A stretch of DNA of 63,639 bases, the filler included, from Candidatus Woesearchaeota archaeon (lineage in GTDB: Archaea; Nanobdellota; Nanobdellia; Woesearchaeales; CG1-02-33-12): NCBI GenBank assembly GCA_018399355.1. It is 7 parts of 7 records of this genome, joined end to end, with 100 filler letters (N's around TTAATTAATTAA, not from the genome) between each part and the next. Parts side by side here need not be neighbours in the genome. Positions count along the whole stretch, not along the records: positions 10,383 to 20,652 come from JAGYOA010000033.1; positions 20,753 to 30,091 come from JAGYOA010000035.1; 5 more parts are not named here. One strand, 5' to 3'. Below are positions 17,231 through 23,197 of the stretch, piece by piece. A program made the translations under genes and the position numbers. The notes below the pieces were generated by a model. The model searched no databases. It was not told where the DNA came from and was given only the letters and a program-made list of their open reading frames with translations. Numbering within the stretch: the first letter of the stretch is position 1; the number at the start of each line of letters is the position of its first letter.

Positions 17231-17646
17231 AATGCCCCCTCAATTAATACAGTTACTATTGCCACTATTACTGCAAAAAAGAAAGCAGTTATATTTCTTG
17301 TAATTGCAAATCTTTTTCCAAGTGTCATTGATTCAGCAGGCAGCTGAACTATTCCAACTGTAACCCATGCAACTAAAAATGCAGTAACTGCAACCAGGCT
17401 TATTCCCTGCTTTAACATTTCCCCTCCAATAAGATAACTTACTATTGGGCTTCCTGCAAGAATACTTCCAACAGCACTTCCTATAAAAGGGTCAATTAGA
17501 ATGTTATTCTTAAACACAGTTGAATAAAAAGTTTTTGGGATAAGGATATTTGCAAGACTGACAAGAAGCATAACACCAAACAAAATAGGCAATGTCTGGT
17601 AAATTGACTTTGCTGATTTTATCAATGAATCTTTTAATCTGTTCAT
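17227..17646 (-). CDS. permease subunit (DUF318/ArsP-like half)
   Basis: GSILAGSPIVSY, AFLVAWVTVG..QLPAE..LG.RFA..RN. Confidence 0.7.
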   Translation of the reverse strand: MNRLKDSLIKSAKSIYQTLPILFGVMLLVSLANILIPKTFYSTVFKNNILIDPFIGSAVGSILAGSPIVSYLIGGEMLKQGISLVAVTAFLVAWVTVGIVQLPAESMTLGKRFAITRNITAFFFAVIVAIVTVLIEGAL

Positions 17647-18359
17647 TTAACCTCGCATATTTTTTCAATTTTATCTGCTATTGGATTAAACAGTTTTTTT
17701 ATTTCATGCGGATTTCCACTATCTCCTGATTTTCTTATTTCTGCATCCAGTTTTATTCTTCCAATAAAAGCAATCTTCTGCTTTTTTGCTGTTTCTTCAA
17801 CCCCTCCCTCCCCAAATATCTCTCCAGACATGTTTTCAACCAGGCCTATTATTGGAATCTTTAGCTTTTTTGAGAAATCAATGGACTTTATTCCGTCTAA
17901 AAGTGAAACTTCCTGGGGTGTTGAAACTATCACTGTTCCTGTTATATCTTTTAATAACTGCGCTATACTTAAGGGTTCATCTCCAGTCCCTGGCGGCAGA
18001 TCAACTACAATGTAGTCTAATTCTCCCCATTCAACATCATCAAGAAACTGTTTTATTATGTTGTGCTTCATTGGCCCTCTCCATATACCTGCATTCTGTT
18101 TTTTAAGAAGAAAGGCCATAGACATAACTTTTAAATTATCATTATACTTTATTGGGATCATCTTATTATCCTGAGTCTCTAATTCTTTATCATCAAGTTT
18201 TAGCATTTTTGGGGCATTTGGGCCATGGACATCTACATCCAACAAACCAACCTTAAACCCTTTTTCTGACAAAGCATAAGCTAAGTTTACAGCTATTGTT
18301 GTTTTTCCAACGCCCCCCTTCCCACTCATAACTAATATCTTCTTTTTTATATTGTCCAT
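17643..18359 (-). CDS. mrp: Mrp/NBP35-family ATPase lacking the C-terminal CxxC
   Basis: SGKGGVGKTT, DVDVHGPN, IWRGPM, DLPPGTGD, STPQ and ENMS. Confidence 0.9.
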   Translation of the reverse strand: MDNIKKKILVMSGKGGVGKTTIAVNLAYALSEKGFKVGLLDVDVHGPNAPKMLKLDDKELETQDNKMIPIKYNDNLKVMSMAFLLKKQNAGIWRGPMKHNIIKQFLDDVEWGELDYIVVDLPPGTGDEPLSIAQLLKDITGTVIVSTPQEVSLLDGIKSIDFSKKLKIPIIGLVENMSGEIFGEGGVEETAKKQKIAFIGRIKLDAEIRKSGDSGNPHEIKKLFNPIADKIEKICEVK

Positions 18360-18396
18360 CTTTTACACCTTCTATTTATATAAAAAATAAAAAAAA

Positions 18397-18768
18397 TTAC
18401 TGTTGCTTGTCTTCAAGCTCCTTTATCCTTTTCTTTATTGTGTCTAATTCTTGGCTTAATGCTTTCTGCTCTTCCTCTATTGCTTTTGAGTCTTCATTTA
18501 GCATTGAAAGCTCTTGCTCTTTTGTGGGTTGTACTGACTGTTGCGAATATTGTGCATAGGGTTGTGCTGGTGCAACTCTTTCCACTGGTGCAAAATCAAG
18601 TGTTCTCCATCTGAATCCCCTCCCAAAGCCACGACTAAATCCTCTGTTAAAAAATCTTCTTGATCCTGGGTTTGCGTAGCCTGGGCTGTTGTATCCTGAG
18701 CAAAGTCCCATTCTTCTTCCTGTCATTGGGCCCATTCCATTTGGCCCTGTTCCATCTCCTGCGGGCAT
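18397..18768 (-). CDS. DUF5320 family protein
   Basis: MPAGDGTGPNGMGPMTGR..G.C, RG-rich middle, C-terminal coiled coil; GGAGGT SD before ATG 18768. Confidence 0.85.
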   Translation of the reverse strand: MPAGDGTGPNGMGPMTGRRMGLCSGYNSPGYANPGSRRFFNRGFSRGFGRGFRWRTLDFAPVERVAPAQPYAQYSQQSVQPTKEQELSMLNEDSKAIEEEQKALSQELDTIKKRIKELEDKQQ

Positions 18769-18796
18769 TTTATTTACCTCCAAAATTTTTATATAT

Positions 18797-19285
18797 TTAC
18801 CCTCTTACCATTCTGGTATTGCATTTAGGGCATGTTAATTCAGAGCATGGCGCCCCTGGCTGTTTTGCTTCTTTGTAACCGCAGCTTGGGCAAACACAGT
18901 TTGCTGGCGGAATTCCGCGGCCTCGCCCTGCTCTACCTCCTCCTCTTCGGCCTGTGAAAGGCCCTTGTCCTAATGGTCCTGTTCTATCTCCTGCTGGCAT
19001 TTTATAGTTACCTCCTTGAATTTTTATGGCCTTGCCATTAATTATAGCATCTGAAACCTTTTCCCTTGCTCTTTTTAATGTTCTGTGAAATGTTGACTGG
19101 TGTATATTCATTTTTTTTGCTGCCTTAACCTGGTCTAGTTTTTCCAAGTCCTTTAACCTTAGTGCTTCAGCTTCATCAACAGTCAATATTACCTCTGTTA
19201 ATCTTGCCAATGGAACAGCCCTTGGCTTGAAATAATGAAAATCAGGGTTGCACCATATATGTCTGCGTTTGAATGGTCTGGCCAT
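18797..19285 (-). CDS. DUF134 DNA-binding protein fused to a DUF5320-like motif and a Zn ribbon
   Basis: MARP..R, DEAEALRLKDL..Q..AA..M.I.QSTF.R, IKIQGG; then MPAGDRTGP and CVCPSCG..C....CPKC. Confidence 0.88.
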   Translation of the reverse strand: MARPFKRRHIWCNPDFHYFKPRAVPLARLTEVILTVDEAEALRLKDLEKLDQVKAAKKMNIHQSTFHRTLKRAREKVSDAIINGKAIKIQGGNYKMPAGDRTGPLGQGPFTGRRGGGRAGRGRGIPPANCVCPSCGYKEAKQPGAPCSELTCPKCNTRMVRG

Positions 19286-19318
19286 ATTATGCATATATAT
19301 GCATAATTACTATATAAA
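19286..19318 (-). promoter_or_regulatory. TATA box plus perfect 22-bp palindromic operator of the DUF134 operon
   Basis: ATTATGCATATATATGCATAAT at 19286-19307, between TTTATATA (minus strand, 19311-19318) and ATG 19285. Confidence 0.7.
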
Positions 19319-19351
19319 TGTTTTGGTTTTTTTCAATGAAAGAATTCAATT

Positions 19352-19645
19352 TTATTTCAATTTTTCAAGATATTTCTTTAAATCTTTATAATCTCTTTTT
19401 CTTTCTAATAAACATACAAGAATTATATTTGGGTCTAATACTGCATAAATTAATCTTGTTTCTTTTTTTCTTATGTTTAACCTTACTCTGAAGACTTTAG
19501 AAAAAAGAAGAGAATGTATCTTTTTGTATCTATAAGGGTTTTCTTTTATCAGTTTTATCTTGTCTTTTATTATTTCCTTTGTTTTTTTGTCTATATCTTT
19601 TAATTGTTCCTTAAAAATCTCTGTGGATTTAATTGTGTAACTCAA
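19352..19645 (-). CDS. RelE/ParE-family toxin
   Basis: 97 aa basic protein: F.EQLK.ID..IK.KI.LIKENPYR..RLIY..RKRDY. Confidence 0.75.
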   Translation of the reverse strand: MSYTIKSTEIFKEQLKDIDKKTKEIIKDKIKLIKENPYRYKKIHSLLFSKVFRVRLNIRKKETRLIYAVLDPNIILVCLLERKRDYKDLKKYLEKLK

Positions 19646-19896
19646 GATAACTCCCTCATAATCTCTTCTTCAGAAACAAGTTTTTTCTTTAAAATTGAGG
19701 TTTTTAGAATTTCATCTATAATTTTTATTTCTTCCTCATTGAAATTTTCATCATATTGGTTTTTTTCGAATATTTTTTCCCTTATACTTTCTGTTGCAAG
19801 TTCCTGTATATTTCTGAACCCAAAATTAGATATATATCTTTGCGCTGCGTGGAAAAGGTTCTCATTCAGTTTTAGATTTATTTGTTTAGTAGCCAT
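19642..19896 (-). CDS. antitoxin (ribbon-helix-helix-like)
   Basis: QINLKL beta-strand, GFRNIQELA.ESIR, acidic C-terminus; ATGA overlap with the toxin. Confidence 0.7.
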   Translation of the reverse strand: MATKQINLKLNENLFHAAQRYISNFGFRNIQELATESIREKIFEKNQYDENFNEEEIKIIDEILKTSILKKKLVSEEEIMRELS

Positions 19897-19977
19897 AGAT
19901 ACCTTTAGATATCTTATTATATTTAAGCTTTTTGCTTTTTTTAGCTTGATATGCTTAGAAAAGTATAAACATTTTGA

Positions 19978-20238
19978 CTACTTTCTTTTCTTGTAAATCT
20001 TATCTCTGTTGTCAAAGTCAATCAGGTATATTATATTCTTTCTTTTGTCATAGGAATACAGCAGTCTAAAAGGAGGAATATATATTTTTCTTTCATTATT
20101 CCCATATTTAAGAAAATCACCTGTTTCAGGGGATTCAATAATTTTTCTGATTTGTTTTTTAACTCTTTCCTTTGTTTTGCTGTCTTTAATTTTTTTAATT
20201 GCCTTTTCAAATTCTGGTTTCCTTATAATCTCTGTCAT
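19978..20238 (-). CDS. RelE-family toxin
   Basis: FEKAIKKIKD..KQIRKIIESPETG..PPFRLLY..FDNRDKIY. Confidence 0.85.
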   Translation of the reverse strand: MTEIIRKPEFEKAIKKIKDSKTKERVKKQIRKIIESPETGDFLKYGNNERKIYIPPFRLLYSYDKRKNIIYLIDFDNRDKIYKKRK

Positions 20239-20254
20239 TTTTTGATTATAGCTT

Positions 20255-20539
20255 TTACCATCCCTCTAAATCTTTTAAGAATTCTTCCTTGGATTGTTTT
20301 ACTATATTGCCTTTTTTTATATCTTCCCAGAATCTGCCTGCAATCCTTATATCCTCTAAATCTTCCTTTATTCCTTCAATATTTTTTGCTTTTAGTTTTT
20401 CCATTGCCTGAAATACCAATTTATCATTATCTTTAAAAATAACCATTTTCTTTCCTTTTTTAAGCTTTAGGCTGTTTCTGAATTCGAGGGGAATGACTAT
20501 CTGTCCCCTTTCTCCTATTTTTGATACTTCAATTTCCAT
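20255..20539 (-). CDS. AbrB/MazE-family antitoxin
   Basis: SKIGERGQIVIPLEFR..L.LKKG; acidic tail; AGGTGG SD. Confidence 0.85.
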   Translation of the reverse strand: MEIEVSKIGERGQIVIPLEFRNSLKLKKGKKMVIFKDNDKLVFQAMEKLKAKNIEGIKEDLEDIRIAGRFWEDIKKGNIVKQSKEEFLKDLEGW

Positions 20540-20550
20540 TTAACCACCTA

Positions 20551-20575
20551 ATATGATTAGTATGATTAATCATAT
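20551..20575. promoter_or_regulatory. palindromic operator upstream of the AbrB antitoxin
   Basis: ATATGATTA-N7-TAATCATAT between the minus-strand CTTAAATA TATA box and the SD. Confidence 0.6.
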
Positions 20576-20599
20576 TTAAGCCTTTCGCTTGTTTTTGAA

Positions 20600-20652
20600 T
20601 TAAAATAATTTTGAAAACTCATCATAAACATTTTTTCTGTGCCCTATAAACA
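20600..20652 (-). CDS. RelE-family toxin, 3' fragment at contig end
   Basis: Manual translation FIGHRKNVYDEFSKLF* carries the RelE C-terminal GHRK.VY motif. Confidence 0.6.
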
Positions 20653-20752
20653 NNNNNNNNNNNNNNNNNNNNNNNNNNNNNNNNNNNNNNNNNNNNTTAA
20701 TTAATTAANNNNNNNNNNNNNNNNNNNNNNNNNNNNNNNNNNNNNNNNNNNN
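20653..20752. other. artificial contig linker
   Basis: N44-TTAATTAATTAA-N44. Confidence 0.98.
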
Positions 20753-20893
20753 CAGGAATTCAAAAGCAGCACAGGGATAAGGCCCACAAAAGAGATGAAA
20801 GACTTAAGGGCCAAAGTGACTGAAACGCCAAACAAATATATAATAAACATACTTAAGGAAATAGAAAAAAGAGAAAGCGAAAAACAATCTTAA
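20753..20893 (+). CDS. 3' fragment of an unidentified gene
   Basis: Open frame from the contig start: QEFKSSTGIRPTKEMKDLRAKVTETPNKYIINILKEIEKRESEKQS*. Confidence 0.45.
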   Translation, partial: QEFKSSTGIRPTKEMKDLRAKVTETPNKYIINILKEIEKRESEKQS

Positions 20894-20975
20894 AAAATAA
20901 TTAGACGATTTTACATATTATACAAGAAAGGGGATACAGTGTCTCCCAAATTAATATGGCCTCATTACTCTGAAT

Positions 20976-22307
20976 TTAATCATTTCCTTCAACAACTTCC
21001 CAGTGGCCTCCTTTGTCAGGACCTATTCTTTTTATTTTCCCTTCACTTTTTAACTTTTTAAGATTGTATTTTATTCCATCCTCAGTAATATTGCCAATTA
21101 GTTCTGATAACTCCTTTCTGGAATATTTTGGATTTTCTTTAAGCAATTCTAAAATTTTCTGGGTAGTTTTCTGGGTAGTTTTCTGGGTAGTTTTCACCCC
21201 AGTTTTCAACCTAGTTTTCATCTCAACAAAGAAATTATGCTCATCAAAACTGAAATCAACCTTGTTATTGTTTTTTTTGCAGTAGTCCCTTATTCTTTTT
21301 ATGCCTGTGCCAACCTTTTCCATAAAAACAGTTTTTGACAGCAAGTCTGCAAGCAATCTGTTTCTTGGTCTGCTTGCCTTGCCAAAATCCTTTTCAGGCA
21401 AAGAATGAACCAATCCGCCTGGATTATTGACTATAACATTATTCCTTAACTTCTCAACAGCTACCTCTCCGTTCTCAAAATAATCCCTGTGGATTAATGC
21501 ATTAACTATTGCCTCACGATACGCCTCTTCAGGATATTCAGGGAACTCAACTCTTTTTATGCCTTTAATTTCAAACTTCACTGGTATGTGCTCTTTAAGA
21601 AAATTAACTGCATATTCTATATTGCCGATAATTCCCTTATCAACCTCCTTTCTGTCCAGGATATCAACCCTTTTATCTCCCCTGAAAAGAATGCACCTTA
21701 TTTTAGATGTAGGTATATACTTTGAGGGATTTTTAGCAAAAAACAGAACACCTGCATTAGTCATATTTTTATTTTTCATCACTTTCAAATTAGCTAACAT
21801 TCCATTTCTATCTAAATTATAGGATATTTTTGCTAATCTCAAATAATACTCAAACTTTGAGTCATCAAAATCATTGAAATCAAATTCATCGCATATCTGT
21901 TCATCAAACCTTATCTTTCCTTCTTTAACGCTTAACTCCAATATCTGATCTCTGCTCAATTTCTGTGAATTTGGTCCAATTCTCATATAAAAACCATCTG
22001 AGCATTGGTATGGCTTATTGATTCCCTCAGGAATATCCACAATCAAAACAGAATTAACTTCTTCTAATCTCATTTTTATAAATGGGTCGCAATTCTTTGC
22101 AATATCAGTTATTCTGGATTTAAGCTCATTTGTGATTTTTATGCCATTAATCTCTCCTTTATCATTCACTCCCAAAAATATTCTTCCTCCGCTTGCATTT
22201 GCAAACGCAACAATTTCCTTGGCAAATTTCTTATCTATGTTTTCCTTAAACTCAACGAACTGCCCTTCTCCTTCCTGTAAAACCAGTTTCAGTTCTTTAA
22301 TATTCAT
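20976..22307 (-). CDS. Schlafen/AlbA_2 + HATPase_c_4 + wHTH protein
   Basis: EGQFVEFKE, VAFANASGG.IFLGVND, REAIVNALIHRDY, NPGG, MEKVGTGI and RIGPDKGGHW. Confidence 0.88.
   Translation of the reverse strand: MNIKELKLVLQEGEGQFVEFKENIDKKFAKEIVAFANASGGRIFLGVNDKGEINGIKITNELKSRITDIAKNCDPFIKMRLEEVNSVLIVDIPEGINKPYQCSDGFYMRIGPNSQKLSRDQILELSVKEGKIRFDEQICDEFDFNDFDDSKFEYYLRLAKISYNLDRNGMLANLKVMKNKNMTNAGVLFFAKNPSKYIPTSKIRCILFRGDKRVDILDRKEVDKGIIGNIEYAVNFLKEHIPVKFEIKGIKRVEFPEYPEEAYREAIVNALIHRDYFENGEVAVEKLRNNVIVNNPGGLVHSLPEKDFGKASRPRNRLLADLLSKTVFMEKVGTGIKRIRDYCKKNNNKVDFSFDEHNFFVEMKTRLKTGVKTTQKTTQKTTQKILELLKENPKYSRKELSELIGNITEDGIKYNLKKLKSEGKIKRIGPDKGGHWEVVEGND
21155..21219. repeat. in-frame 12-bp tandem repeat (KTTQ)n
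   Basis: TTTTCTGGGTAG x3 perfect plus two degenerate units (TTTTCACCCCAG, TTTTCAACCTAG). Confidence 0.9.
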
Positions 22308-22328
22308 ACATTTTAAAATATTTATTTC

Positions 22329-22376
22329 TCTTTATTACTCTTTTGCAGATTTCACCGGAAGATTAACGGAAATAAA
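22329..22376. repeat. 48-bp direct repeat, copy 1
   Basis: TCTTTATTACTCTTTTGCAGATTTCACCGGAAGATTAACGGAAATAAA, identical to 23124-23171. Confidence 0.92.
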
Positions 22377-22548
22377 ATAAACCCAAGAACATACTTAAGG
22401 AAATAAATAAAAGAAGTTCAAAAACAGATTGAAAATGCAAGAAAAAAGTTCGAACCATGCTGCGCTCTCTCTTCGGTAAGGATATTTAATAAGAATTTAG
22501 ATATTATGTACAATCAGAATTAGTGCTAAAGTGTATAAAAGCTGCTCT

Positions 22549-22809
22549 TTAATAGATACTGTCATGGAGGTCATAATCCAGAAGTTTAACAACTTTATGT
22601 TCTTCATCTATTTCATAAGTTAAAACAAAAGATTTATCGATATGAACTCTTCTTGCCTCTTTCATATCTCCTCTAAGTGGCTTAAAATGGTATGGATTTT
22701 CTATAATCTGTTCAATTTTCTTGACAATTATCTGCATTTGTTTTGGATTTTTCTTCCCAAGCTTAGAAAAAATTCTGTCTATATTGGGTTTTGTGGCAAG
22801 AGAGTACAT
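22549..22809 (-). CDS. RelE/YafQ-family toxin
   Basis: KKIEQIIENPYHFKPLRGDM...RRVHIDKSFVLTYEID..YD.HD.IY. Confidence 0.88.
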   Translation of the reverse strand: MYSLATKPNIDRIFSKLGKKNPKQMQIIVKKIEQIIENPYHFKPLRGDMKEARRVHIDKSFVLTYEIDEEHKVVKLLDYDLHDSIY

Positions 22810-22812
22810 TTT

Positions 22813-23046
22813 TTATTCTATGTCATACCTCTTCTTAAAATTTTCAAGACTTCCAATATGGATAGTTTTCTGTTTCCTGATTCTTTCAAGTTTTTTTAGA
22901 TACTCTTGTTTAGCTTCAGGTTCTTCTTCAACTACAGACCTCATAAAAAAATCTATTTGTTTACTCATGCTAATACCATTTCCTTTACAAAAATTAGAAA
23001 ATTTATTATATACTTCCTCTTGCACATTAAATGTTTTTAATACCAT
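22813..23046 (-). CDS. antitoxin (RHH-like)
   Basis: KTFNVQEEVYNKF..FCK..GISMSKQI; 3 nt upstream of the toxin; AGGTGA SD. Confidence 0.75.
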   Translation of the reverse strand: MVLKTFNVQEEVYNKFSNFCKGNGISMSKQIDFFMRSVVEEEPEAKQEYLKKLERIRKQKTIHIGSLENFKKRYDIE

Positions 23047-23064
23047 TTTATCACCTTATTTAAC

Positions 23065-23084
23065 ATTAAATAAAGTTATTTAAT
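23065..23084. promoter_or_regulatory. palindromic operator upstream of the antitoxin
   Basis: ATTAAATAA-N2-TTATTTAAT between the minus-strand TTTAAATA TATA box and the SD; AT-rich, so weaker evidence. Confidence 0.45.
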
Positions 23085-23123
23085 ATTATTTAAATCTTTC
23101 TATTTAACAGTCTTATCATTCTT

Positions 23124-23171
23124 TCTTTATTACTCTTTTGCAGATTTCACCGGAAGATTAACGGAAATAAA
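23124..23171. repeat. 48-bp direct repeat, copy 2
   Basis: Identical to 22329-22376. Confidence 0.92.
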
Positions 23172-23197
23172 CTAAAGAACCAGAATATTAAAAACAA

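Noticed and set aside
20976..22307. RecG helicase
   Set aside because: No SF2 helicase motifs; the architecture is AlbA_2 + HATPase_c_4 + wHTH.
22308..23197. CRISPR array or integron attC sites
   Set aside because: Only two copies about 750 bp apart with genes between them; no cas or intI gene, and I could not find paired attC R''/R' boxes with a hairpin.
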